The notes under the pieces: generated by a model
The model's input: only the letters and a program-made list of their open reading frames with translations
Databases searched by the model: none
What the model was told of the DNA's origin: nothing
From: Ascidiella aspersa
Lineage: Eukaryota
Assembly (NCBI GenBank): GCA_963924565.1
Contig: OZ004611.1
Location: 30,132,001-30,196,000 of the forward strand
Direction: 5' to 3'
Length of the DNA: 64,000 nt
Made by a program: the position numbers and the translations under genes
Part shown: one piece after another, positions 47,410 through 59,094 of the stretch
How positions within the stretch are numbered: the first letter of the stretch is position 1
Layout: the number at the start of each line of letters is the position of its first letter

Positions 47410-49380
47410 GTCTGTTTGTCTGTGTCTGTTTGTCTCTGTCTGTGTGTGCTTTTGTTTGCTTTTGAGCCGATTTCGATTAATCCGGTCCGTCGGGATCAGA
47501 TCTAGTTTGGATTAATCCGGGTCGTTGCTGGATTAAAACGACCTTTTAATTGTGTCGCTTTTCGGGGGGCTGGTCCTTAATACAGCTGCTAATTAAAACC
47601 GAGTGCCAAGCACATATTGATTAGAAACTGAAAGAAAAAACAGAAAACTTCAGTGAGTTAATAACTACAATGTTTTTGCAAGAAGTTTCTGTTCTTATAA
47701 CATATAATTATGTCACTTTTCGGAGACTCTTCCCTTAGTACAGTCGCCAAAAAAAAACTGATTAACAAGCACAATATGATTAGGAACTTTCACCCCATGA
47801 ATTTGTAATGAAGCAGAAGATAACGTACAATACAAATTTAAACACAAAACAGACTGAAAATTTAAGTCATAATGAACACCAAAACACAATTTATTTGGTT
47901 CTGTTTGTCTGTCTGCTTGTCTCTGTCTGTGTGTTTTTTTTCGCGCCTTTTTCAGTTAATCCGGCCCGGCAGGGTTGGGTCTAGTTTAATTGTGTCGCTT
48001 TTCGGAGGCCTCAACCCTTAATACAGCTGCTAATTGAAACTGAATAACAAGCACACTATGATTAAGAACTAAAGAAAAAGAAAAAGTGAAAACTTTAGTG
48101 GTTCAACAACTTTAATGTTTTGTATAGAAGATGTTTCGATTATAACATTTACCATATTTTTATCAAATAGTGTCAAATTTTTTTTATCTCACATTTGCAA
48201 CGCACCCTTTCGGGATTATGACAGCAAATATACGTTGCACCGCCAAAAATAAAGTTCAGCTTGGATTTGTTTCACATCACATGAATTTCTAATAAACCAA
48301 AAGGTGGTGGAAAATACAAACCTAAAAACAAAGCAAACTGAACATTTAAGTCGTAATGAACACCAAAACAGAATTTATTTGTCTGTCTGTTTGTCTCTGT
48401 GTGTGTGTTTTGTTTCGCATCTTTTTCAGTTAATCCGGTCCGACGGGGTCGGGTTTAATTTCGGACTAATCCGGGTCGCTGCTGGATTTAAACGCCCTTT
48501 TAATTGTGTCGCTTTTTGGGGGGGGCTGGTCCCTAATAAAGCTGCTAATTACAACTGATTAACATGTGCATAATAATTGGAAACTGCAAGAAAAAACAGA
48601 AAACTTTAGTAAGTCAATAACTTCAATATTTTGTTGAAGAAGTTTCTGTTATAACATTTAATTGTGTTTTTGGGGGGCTCTTCCCTTAGTACAGTCGCTA
48701 ATTAAAACTGACTAACAAGCACAATATGATTAGAAACTAAAAAAAACTGAAAAACTGAAAACTTTAGTGATTCAATAGCTTCAATGTTTTGTAGAAGGCC
48801 TTTCTATAGTAACATTTAAAATATTTAACAAAATAGTCCCAACATCTCTCATGACATTTTGAAACCATTATCGGATATGACACCGCCAACATTATTCAAG
48901 ATTTGCACACACTTAAACACAAAGCATACTGAAAATTGAAGTCATAATGAACACTAAAACAGAATTTGTATGTTTGTCAGTTTGTCATCTGTATGTTCGC
49001 GCCTTTTTCAGTTAATCCGGCCCGGCAGGATTGGGTTTAGTTCGGACCAATCGAGTCGTTTGTTGGAATTAAACGCCCTTTTAATTAAACGCCCTATTAA
49101 ATCGCTTTTCGGGGGCCTCTTCCCTTAATGCAGCTGCTAATTAAAACTGATTAACAAGCGCACAATGATTAGAAACTGACTGAAAAAACAGAAAACAGTG
49201 AGTCAATAACTACAATGTTCTTTATAAACTTATGTTATAACATTTAATTGTCTCGCTTTTCGGGTTGCTGGTCCCTTAGTACAGTTTCCAATTGAAACTG
49301 AATGGCAAGCGAAATATGATTTAGGAACATTTCAGTGAGTGAATAACTTCCATGTGTTGTAGAAGACGTTTCCAGCGTTT
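47410..49380. repeat. Degenerate tandem array of ~480-580-bp units (4 copies)
   Basis: Anchor TAATCCGG at 47478, 47957, 48431 and 49013. The blocks TTAATTGTGTCGCTTTTCGGGGG, CAGCTGCTAATT and TAATGAACAC are shared. Confidence 0.9.
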
Positions 49381-50114
49381 TCTTTTCAAACGTGCATTGC
49401 GCAGCTACACGATTAAGATCCGGAAAAATTTAATTCAAACTGGACAGTGTGGTAATGACTTAAGTAAGTGCACTTAAGTCACTGGTTTCAAATGGATTCA
49501 CCGGACTTGAATCTTTCGAGTAATGACCTGACTTAAGTGTTTTCGGGGGTTGAAATAAAGTTTTTTTCATCTAGCATTTTTTTTACAATATTCGGTTATG
49601 TAATTCCGCATATAAAACAATTTGCGTGCTATATGTTTCGTTATTCTTGTTTGCTAAAGACGAGGTATCGCCCATACAATCGAAATAGTTTACCAATTTT
49701 AAAAGTTCAATTTTAATAGTTATGAATAGTTTTTCATAGTACTTGCAGTTTACTTGCTAAAACATTCAATTGTATTCACAGAGACATTCTGCTAATTAGT
49801 GAAAACAAAACCATAAAAAGCAATTGCTTTGTCATTGTGAAAGTTAACAATATACCAAGTTTGTGCAGGGGTGGCAGGATGCCCAACCCCTGTCCACAAC
49901 TCAAATTGTTCTGACTAAACATAACCCAAAATCGATCGTAAAAAAGTAGCAAATAAGGTAAAAAAAAAACAATACAAAATTAGTAGCCCAACAACTCGCA
50001 AATAGCATCAAAACTTTTCTTAAGTTACCCTACTACACAACATGCTTAATTTTAATACAAAGCATAGGAAAGCGTTAAGAATTGCTGTGAAAAATCAATT
50101 TTGATTATACGCAA

Positions 50115-50284
50115 TAGGAGTATCAAAGCCTATACAGCAGTTAGGCACCCTTTTGAACGTTTTGAATAAAGAGTTATTTGAATAAAGTTGAGAATTATTC
50201 GAAACGTTCAAAATGCAACCTACTTCTGAATGGGCTTTGATATTCTTATTACATCTTACTACAACCTTCAACCATTATGCTCCA
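50115..50284. mobile_element. Long-TIR MITE family copy
   Basis: GAGTATCAAAGCCTATACAG...GAACGTTTTGAATA and the inverse TATTCGAAACGTTC...GGGCTTTGATATTC...CCATTATGCTCCA. Confidence 0.75.
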
Positions 50285-50656
50285 AAATTTTGATAATATA
50301 TATGAACATTTTCCTTTATGGCTGTTTTTTCGTCAAGTCACGTTATCTGCAACAAACATGTTTGTCCGCACCTGAGCTACTCGCCACCTTATCTATTTGC
50401 GTTGCAATTATGCAGCGATGAGGCTCACACCTTGTTGTTTACTAGCTCTGTCTTAGTCATATTGGCTGACTAGGGTCATTTTCTGTACACACTCGTTGTT
50501 TGAGCGTTTGTTTGCGGCTGTCCAACCCAATTTTCTCATTGGTTTTACGAGTTTGGTGCCCTTCTAAAACATTAGTGCGGGCTATCTTACTTGCAGAACC
50601 TCAACGACACTTCTACTTACTCTATACATTTATGAAATTTTAAGTTTACTTAAAGG

Positions 50657-50877
50657 CAGTGGTCGGCAAACTGTGGGCCGCAGAGCCATTCTTAGTGGGC
50701 CGCGTTTGAATAGTTTCGTGTTATCGCGTAGTTGTGTGCCGCGTGATAGTCATGCATTCATTGCACTTTATTTTAAAAGTTGGCGTGGCATAGAATTTTT
50801 AAATTGGCTCAGCTCGGAAAGGCCCACGTGCAAAGTGTGGTCCTGGGAGCCCGTCGAACTATATTTTTTGCCAACTT
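50657..50877. mobile_element. Degenerate hAT-like MITE
   Basis: CAGTGGTCGGCAAACTGTGGGCCGC left end; ...TTTGCCAACT right-end remnant. Confidence 0.5.
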
Positions 50878-51697
50878 AAACTGTATGTTATCGAAAAGTT
50901 TTTTCACGTTTCGCGCGTAGATTCTTCGTTTTATAGCATGTTTTACATTACTATATGGGAGTGTTTTGGGCATAAAGGCGCCGTGTAATATTTATAATAC
51001 ACATAATAGCTGTTAAAATATGAAGTCTGAATCTGCAAAGGCCGACCAGGCGAGAATTTAAATTACAATAATTTTCTGAAATAGCCTAGCACCACGTTAA
51101 ATTTATACAAATATTTTTTGTCGCTTACCAGTACCTTTGTCGCCACCTAACGGCAATTGACTTGCAATATCACTAACAAACCTGAATAACAGGTTAGATT
51201 AGATATTTCCCATATTGATATCTATCGATTTTTCCATTTTACTGCGCTTCTTAAACATTAATGCGGGCTAACTTACTTGCAATATCTCACTAACGCCTTA
51301 ATTCCCTACATTTAGAAAATTTTAAGTTTATTTTGAGGGACTGTCAGATAATTAAACAGACAGTAAGTGTTTCAAAATCAAATAAGAAGTCTGATTTTTT
51401 TAAAAGTATTGTGGTTTTATCTGTAAAAATAGCCTAACACCGCCTTGAGTTTTTTACAAATATATTTTGTCGCTTAGCAGTACCTTTGTCGCCACCTAAC
51501 GGCAATTAAATTCAAAAACCCAAACAAACGTAATTAACCGATAAGATGGAATCTTCAGATATGAAGGCGGCCTAGGGTTTTTGTGGAAACTTTGCCAAAA
51601 TTATAAAATAAAAGTTTTTTTTTTACTTATCGCACTTTGTTTGTCGCAAAAACATAAGTGCCCTGAAACTTGTGTACCACGAAATGATGATTCAAAC

Positions 51698-52024
51698 TTG
51701 TTCCACAATGAAAGACACACACAAACATATGTGTTTAATATAACATCTGTGATCTAGCCCCTCGGAAGTTGCTTTATGACCAACGATTACGGCTTCCGTA
51801 TCAATAGTACACCGAAAAGCCATCGCAGACTCGCCGAATCGACCTCCGGTCAAAGCCGGGACCGTCGCTCTACCAACTGAGCTATGCAGGCTCAGAGAGG
51901 AGCGAGTCGAGAAACAACCATGCGCCAATACTTGCACATTTTGTTAGTACAAGCAACTTCACTCTGGGGGATCATCAGTCCGTATCAATCAATGAAAGAC
52001 ACACACAAACATTGTTCCACAATG
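51698..52024 (-). mobile_element. tRNA-containing repeat family, copy B: circularly permuted, terminally redundant monomer with 13-bp TSD
   Basis: TTGTTCCACAATG at 51698-51710 and 52012-52024; CAATGAAAGACACACACAAACA at 51706-51727 and 51990-52011. The tRNA-like 5' part lies at 51840-51891 (T arm deleted). Confidence 0.85.
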
Positions 52025-53390
52025 TTCGAAAACAACAAATCCAATACTAAATATCAGGACGTATAATGTCGGTAGTCGTCCTATATGAGAGTGGTATCTA
52101 TGCCAATTCAATACAAATTATTTACCTTTCTTCTATTGTAAGCAACGTTATCGTTATTTACAGGAAGGGTATTTTTGACTGAAAAAGTAAACTGAAACGA
52201 ACCTATTTCGCCAACGCTAAGGGATAATTACGGCCGAGTAATATTGTTATAAAAGCCCTTGGATGTCCCAATTTTTCTTTTTGTTTTTCTACTCTTAATG
52301 AAACAATTGTTATCACATCATTTGCCACAAAAATTCCAATTCGCCATCTCAGCCATAAAGATCTCAGGCACTGCTGGTTGACCGACTGACTTTTACAAGC
52401 TAAACAAAAACAAAATGCGAAAAAAATGCGTGACTTCGATTGCTGCATCCTTTCCTACGTAAAACTTTACTATGAAAGGGTTTCATGGGAACTTATTATT
52501 TCGTTCAGGTTGTCATGGAAAAATAAACCTTTGCTGTACTTCTAGCGAACACGTTCCCCCAAATAGAAGTTTTTGGGGTCATTTTTTTACCCTAAAACTG
52601 AAAAGATTACGTTTTTATTCCATTCAAAATTCCTGACGAATTTAATTGCCGTAACGATTGTAATTGTTATGATCAAGATTAAATGCAAAGTATGCAACTG
52701 AAGCATTGAGTTTGGGACGTAGTTTAGAAATATCACAAATTAAATCGTTAGCGACATCTTGCGGTTGTATGGTACTAAGTCCAAAGTTGCAAATGTTGGA
52801 GGGAGGTCCTTATATCAATCCTAATAGAGTGGTCACAATTTGGGTTTAATAATATACTATCTTTGTCCATGTCATTTAAGGTAACTGGCTCCCTGTGGAT
52901 GCCTTACCTAATTCACAAGAATCCAGCCTACCCACCACTACAAAAAAGATTAGACTGATTACCTTCTGATGCCAAGAAAAAGTCATTCATCAAAAGAAAC
53001 AGAACTCAAGTCTAACCAAATGGTTTAAGCCATGTCGAGCGTTTTCACCTAAATTACTTGACTCAAGTTGATTTCATTTCAAAGGAGCGACTTAAGTTCA
53101 TTGACTTAAATCACTACAAGCTTGTAAACGTAACATTACCAATATGAGATAGTTAATCTTGTATGAGGTTATTAAGTGATACGTTTGACAAAACACTTTT
53201 TGGGAAAAGGCACACTCCAACATAGTCTTTGAGTCGTTGTACTAACACTGTTTGAATATACTATTACTGTCAGACATTGTATTAATTACAAAACACTTGT
53301 TTGTCTATACGTTTAGCTGCTATATTTGTTGCCCAGTTACTAGTTCATTGCCCAGATAAACGTCAGTAGTAAATTAAAAAAAGCGCTTTA

Positions 53391-53815
53391 TTTCTATTTC
53401 GTAAGACGCCCGAGAGACCGATTAACAGACAAAGTTTTTTCGTTGAGGAGAACTTAGGGTCGATTTGTGGGAAGACATGACGCTTGTCTTCTTAAGAGAT
53501 AAAACTGAAAGATGGACATTAGTTAAATTTACATACTGTAGAGTCGATTAACTGAAAATGCAATGTGCAAAACATGAACAAACCTTATTTAGTCTACAAA
53601 AAAGGTTCAAACTAGGATTCCGATAATAACATTCGGATGCGTTACTCGATGTCAAGTAGTAGTATCGGTACTCGTCCGATACTAGGGTTATATCGCTGCC
53701 TTGTTTCTATTTCCTAGGAAGCCCGAGAGACCGATTAACAGACAAAGTTTTTCGCGTTGAGGAGAACTTAAGATCGATTTGTGGGCAGACCTTTGTGGGA
53801 AGACGATACTAGGGT
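53391..53815. repeat. Direct duplication (~90 bp, ~314 bp apart)
   Basis: GCCCGAGAGACCGATTAACAGACAAAGTTTTT...GAGGAGAACTTA..TCGATTTGTGGG at 53407 and 53721. Confidence 0.88.
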
Positions 53816-55790
53816 TCTATTGCTGCCTAACCGATACCAAATATGGAATGTGTGCTACGAATTACGATCCAATGTAGCGATTCAAACTTGAAAGGAATTA
53901 AAAACTTACAACTGGATGTAACTGAATTTAATATCTACCTTTCCACATTTCAATGTCAACTATTTCGTTTGTTTACGCAGAGTAGTAACGTTATAGCATC
54001 AGATAGGAGCGCCGTAATTTTGTTTGTTTATACCAACTTTAACAAAGACATTTAAAAATTGTTCGCGCTTCGCGCGATTTTGGTTAATTCTAATTGTATT
54101 GTGACTAACTGTTAGTCAATATATTAACCTTTAACTCGTTTAGAGCTTTTTTTGTGATTTAATTGCGTTTAAAAATTACGTTAAGATTGTGTAAGCGTTT
54201 AAAAAATGTAAATTAGCTTTTAAAATCAGCAATATTTAAACTGTAACCAATAGTTTTCAGTCTGGGTTGCCGTTTCTAATGCTCAATAGTGTCAAAAGAT
54301 GTTTGAATCTTCGTTCCGTTAAGAAAATATGTCTACTTTTAGCCCTACATAAAAGGTTAAATTATAAATTGTTTTCTAAATAATAACTTAACCTAACTTT
54401 TCGCCTTCATACTTTTTTGTGGGCCGTAAAAATACTCATTAAATGAGGAAACACGGTAAAAAATGTAGAAACTTAGACAAAGTGACTTCACTCACTAGTT
54501 ATTGCCTATTGAGTATATATTCACAAATCTCAGAAATACACGGTAAGGTTAAGCATAGATTCAATCCGCTAGCCTATAGTATAAGACGTGAAGAATGAAT
54601 GTGAAAAGTACACCGTTCGGTCACGCGTCAGTGAACAACGGTCACGTGCATAGTGACGTCAAATTAGGCCAAAATCGGGATTATCGCTTATTAAATGCTA
54701 CAGAAACACGGTAAAAAAAAGTTTCAAAAACTCTCACTTGGAAAACCAAACGACAGTCGTAATCCGAATGGCCTCGGATGTAGCCAAGCGTGACGTGACG
54801 AAGTGCCGCGAGGCATGAAATCTTTTTGTTGTCTTAGCTCCGTTCGCCCTAAACCAGGCCGAGCCTTTTAACGTCGTTGGTCGGTGGTATTGCTGCTGCT
54901 AAATTGAAGTTATTCTGTAGGCTGCAGATTGTGTAATTGAGCTTATGCTTTAAAATGTGACATTGCAAGTGTTATATGCTCAAAACATTGTGAAGTTTTG
55001 ACAGTTTGAAATAATAGCGATAGCAGCATTAGGTTTAAAGCTTTACCGTTTAACTCATCTCTTGATATGAGTAAATGCTCCATAATATTACATTGGAAGT
55101 AATAATATGACATTGGAAGTTACCTGCTGTAATCATTGCGCACTTTTTAATAGTGATAGCAGCATTTGGTTTTAAGTTCCAGCCTTCAAACTTAGCTCTT
55201 ATCCAATGGTTTTATATTAGACGCCTAAAGTATATAAAAAACGCAGTTACTTGGAAAAGTAGTGCTTTGTCTCTACTTTATTAAAGCATGTCAAAAACAG
55301 TGTCATTTTGTTAATGACAAGATTAGGCAGGCTACCACTCGATATGAACTAGCTGTACAATTTAAATGGTATTGCTTCTTGTCGTTTTAGAGATTGTTTA
55401 TGGCTGTGTGGCCTTGGGGTAAAAGTAAGGGAATAAATAGGCTGATTTTCCCACCAAACTACTACATTTACGTATTCACTTCTATTGCGCCTGTCAAGCA
55501 TTGGGCCGTTAAGCCTTTTTAGTTAGCCATGTCTACAGTTTTGCTTGGCTAAACGGTGCAGTTGAATTTATGTCTGTGATATGTAATGAGTCAATTGTAC
55601 TGCAAATCCTACTTCCTTGAAGTCTATTTGTGTGTTAGATACATAGGTTTCGAATTGAATAGGTTCCGCTATAAAAGTGAATCGTTCTTTGTTTTCGTTG
55701 TCTTGCCGCCACAGCTCAAAGCGCCCTGAAATTACGTAACCTACTAGGTCCTAGGAAAAGTAGACAGCTGGTTAAACAATGGGGATAAGT

Positions 55791-56010
55791 CAGTGTTTTC
55801 AACCCTTGATTAGCGCGACCAAAATTGGATTCCTTTTCATTTTGTTGGGTCGCCGACTGTAGTAGTTTTATATGGTTGGATTTAATGAGATTTGTTCTGA
55901 GGAATTAATGCTAATTTATGTTGTTTGGAAAAGAATTAGGTCGCCAAAGCTTATCTGTTGTAGTTACGCGTTAAATATTAAGCGCCGCGAAATGAGGTTA
56001 TAAGATACTG
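55791..56010. mobile_element. Degenerate hAT-like MITE
   Basis: CAGTGTTTTCAACC ... GGTTATAAGATACTG; flanks GGATAAGT / GTATAAAT (6/8); GGTCGCC internal repeats. Confidence 0.6.
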
Positions 56011-56400
56011 GTATAAATAGACCGAGATGTAAAACATTAAGAACGGGTTAATTTAGAAGCGAATTTTTAGTCATGTGCGATAACAAACTACTTCTTTAAT
56101 TTAAACGACCTTTTTAACTGGTTTAATTTCCCCCTAGTTTTTTCGATTTTAGCGACAAATACCTATTCGTCCAAAAATGTGTTCATTTTGTTCACCAAAG
56201 AATCGTAAATTTGATGGGGTTGTCAAGTGCTTAAACGATAATTCATGACATACGAAACGCAATGTTAAACTGATTACACGTTGCGAGCATTGCGGCATTT
56301 CATAGGCGCCAGACAGGTATATAAGCGTTCATTTCCTGAACATTGCTGGAAATGCAGGCAATTTAGCCTGGCGGTTAGTCATGCGTTAAAAGATGGCGAA

Positions 56401-56643
56401 AGTAGCACCTTAAAAGCCATCGCAGACTCACCGAATCTGTCGATCAATGATGCAAACAAGCTAGAAAAACAAAGTTAAAGTTTTTTTTTCTAGCCTGCCT
56501 TGCTTACATCATAGATCGACAGATTCTGTTAGTCGCAATGACTTTCGGTGTACTAATGATATAAGCCGTAATCGTTGTTTAAAAAGCAGCTTCAGAAGGA
56601 CTAGATTTCAGTTGTAAACACACATGTGTGTGCATCGTTCATT
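56401..56643. mobile_element. tRNA-containing repeat family, copy C: two inverted fragments lacking the tRNA module
   Basis: AAAGCCATCGCAGACTCACCGAATCTGTCGATCAATGATG (56412-56451) and its reverse-complement-like copy at 56497-56553. The latter continues into AAGCCGTAATCGTT...CTAGAT...AAACACACATGTGTG. Confidence 0.8.
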
Positions 56644-58127
56644 AACAATGGCAAAAGTAGTTTACAATATTGCGTCTGGTTCGAAACTATTTTGTTCGCA
56701 GCACCATACAGAAAGGACAAGTATATTTGGAAGGTAAACAATAAATGATCTTACGGTATGATGTAACGTCAATAAACACATCTGCGTGAGGATTTGTTCT
56801 GATCTCTGAAGCTATGTGTGAAGTGTGTTGTACCTTCCTACAGCAGCTGTTTGCCAAGACAGGATAAATAACATTCGGCTTGAAAGAGCAACCCTAGTGT
56901 TATTTGAAATCAGTCAACTTGTTAATGACTTTTCCACTTTTGATTGGCGCCATTAATCATAGTTCCATCACGACTTTTATATGTTTATTTTATGTTTCGG
57001 TATCGTGATGCTACACATTGAAGCAGATTTTAAATGACGGATGCTGTTAGTCGCAAGTTGAGAATATCTGGTAGTCTAAGTTTTTAAAATGCTAAAAAAA
57101 TAAGCTACACTTTTAGCAAAATACTGGTTTATAAATTTCTTTTCAATTTTAACATTTTCAAGGCTTTTGTTTCCTCCATAGTTACGTTAGTTCAAGAAGG
57201 AACTGCTGTACAGTTAACTACAAGCCTCCTTAGCTCTAGTTGCGCGTGTACAATGAAGTGTGTGTTTAGCGGTTAGATGTTACCTCCGGTTTCTTTAAAT
57301 GCAGTCCAAAGTACAATCACAGCACCAGACCTGAATCTCACGCAATAAAACACTAGTGGGGGTTGTAAATGTGACGAAAGTAACTCGTGACAAGCTATTA
57401 TCACTCGCCCAACTACACAGATCTACACGACATGCATTTTATTGCGTTAGAATTCGCTATCATCAGTTTAATTGTCATTTACTTATCAATTTGCACTTAA
57501 ATCAGCCTTCTATTTTAGATTCGTGTTTGAGCTTAACGGTTTTGAAAATCATGCCTTTCTGTTAATGCATTAACGGTATATAACTAATACTGATGTGTCT
57601 GTTTGTAATTACGTTTCTTGATATAAGACTTAGCTCGTCAAAAAATTGTGCTGTGTAACAGATTTACGCTCAGCAACCTTCTGATCATTTACAAAACAAA
57701 AGGAAAACCAGGAGGGTTAAAACGGTTTAAAATACAGCATTAAAAATGGCAAGAATGTTAATTACGTTTGGCAACCGAGTTTTATTCATTTCTTTTTGTT
57801 TTTGTTACTGATTAAACAGATTAGAAAAGCTAACAAATTTTATTTTGATCGTCGTGCAGATCCGAAATGGAACAATGTAAATAACATAAACAAGTAAAAG
57901 CATTTGCTTGTTGCGGAGAAGACATTTCCGAGGCGCGAACGAAGCAAAAGTCGACCACGTGGCGCTGAAGGTCAAACGTGTGACCTTGAAGGTTTAAAAC
58001 GCTAACACCAAGCTGAATTCAAGCTTTGGCGAACAAGCTGGAACAGTTGCGGTCCGCCGCAGCGTCGACCTTCGGCGGCTCTCAAGGTCACGGTCAAGGT
58101 CGGGGTCAAGGTCACGCTGACCCTCGA

Positions 58128-58413
58128 ATGAACCCGGGAAGCCCGTGGCTGAGCGACATGCGCGTCAGAGAACTTGGAAGGCGCTTCACGCGCGATGGTT
58201 TCCCGGCTGTACAAAGCTGCCGGTTACGCAAGTACCGCTCCTTTACGTTGCGTGCAGCCATCGTTGCGTGCACGGCTCTTGCGCTATACGAAGCCTTGCA
58301 GTCCACTGTTAGCGTTGCCGCTGTTGAAAAGCAGCAGAAAGGTGGCGGACCGACCTTGCTTAAAATGTCGCGAGTCGCACATTTGCGATACAACGAGGGA
58401 GCCAAGCACAGAG
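58128..58413 (+). CDS. Carbohydrate sulfotransferase (CHST1/CHST3-like, Gal/GlcNAc/GalNAc 6-O-sulfotransferase family), first coding exon: cytosolic tail + type II membrane anchor + stem
   Basis: First in-frame ATG after the TGA at 58014. A basic stretch is followed by the hydrophobic FTLRAAIVACTALALYEAL. The phase-1 donor AG|GTAGGT joins the next exon in frame ([11 protein letters not shown]). The exact start codon is uncertain. Confidence 0.75.
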
Positions 58414-58612
58414 GTAGGTTTAATTATTATTAAGAAGATTAGGTTTTGGATAAGTTTAAAACAATTGATGTTTGCATTATTTTGAGGATTGCTTAAAACA
58501 TTGCTATAAACCGTGTCTTTGTTGAACGCAGGAGTGTTATGGTTGATGCGATCAAAACATTGCTTGTAATATTTCAGAGGTTAGTAAGTCCCACTGTCTT
58601 TGTTAAACGCAG

Positions 58613-58883
58613 GAGTAATCATCTTGACGCGGCATCGCTCCGGTTCCTCCTTCTTCAGTCAGCTCTTCAACCAGCGTCCGGATGTCTTCTACCTCTACGA
58701 GCCACTGATCCCGTTCGGATACGGATGCGATCCACCAGACGATCCTCTCCGCATCCAACACCTCCGGAAACTCCTCCGATGCGAGTATCCGGATCACAAG
58801 GAGCTCAACGTGGAGCTTGGATCAAGGAAGAAGAGTGATGAGAAAACGACAAAGTTGTGCGTCGACAACAACGTCTGCTTCAG
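58613..58883 (+). CDS. CHST-like sulfotransferase exon with 5'-phosphosulfate-binding loop
   Basis: [31 protein letters not shown] is the CHST1-7 5'PSB signature. Acceptor CGCAG|, phase-2 donor AG|GTGATT. Confidence 0.93.
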
Positions 58884-58912
58884 GTGATTTAATTGTTTAT
58901 TGAAAAGTATAA

Positions 58913-59094
58913 AGGCCCGTTTTCACTACAGCTGCACTAAGCTGCGCTGGGCGTAAAAATCGCTCTAAAACGTAACGTTTTTCTATAGCTCCACGGGGCT
59001 TGAGTTTGGCAAACCGTGAAACGCTCGCCACAACATAATTTAAATGCAAATTACGCTTTGCTCAGCTCAGTGCAGCTGTATTGTAAACGGGCCT
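58913..59094. mobile_element. PIF/Harbinger-like MITE
   Basis: Long TIR AGGCCCGTTTTCACTACAGCTGCACT / AGTGCAGCTGTATTGTAAACGGGCCT with TAA/TTA 3-bp flanks. Confidence 0.8.

Noticed and set aside
51951-51985. Hammerhead ribozyme in the tRNA-repeat unit (minus-strand CTGATGA...GAAG)
   Set aside because: GAAG instead of GAAA, no stem II, and the motif reads CTGTAGA in the 59.5 kb copy. It is better explained as one arm of a long hairpin.
58026-58127. N-terminal extension of CHST from the TTG start in the ORF track
   Set aside because: Non-ATG start 12 nt after an in-frame TGA, and no strong acceptor. Treated as probable 5'UTR, though not excluded.
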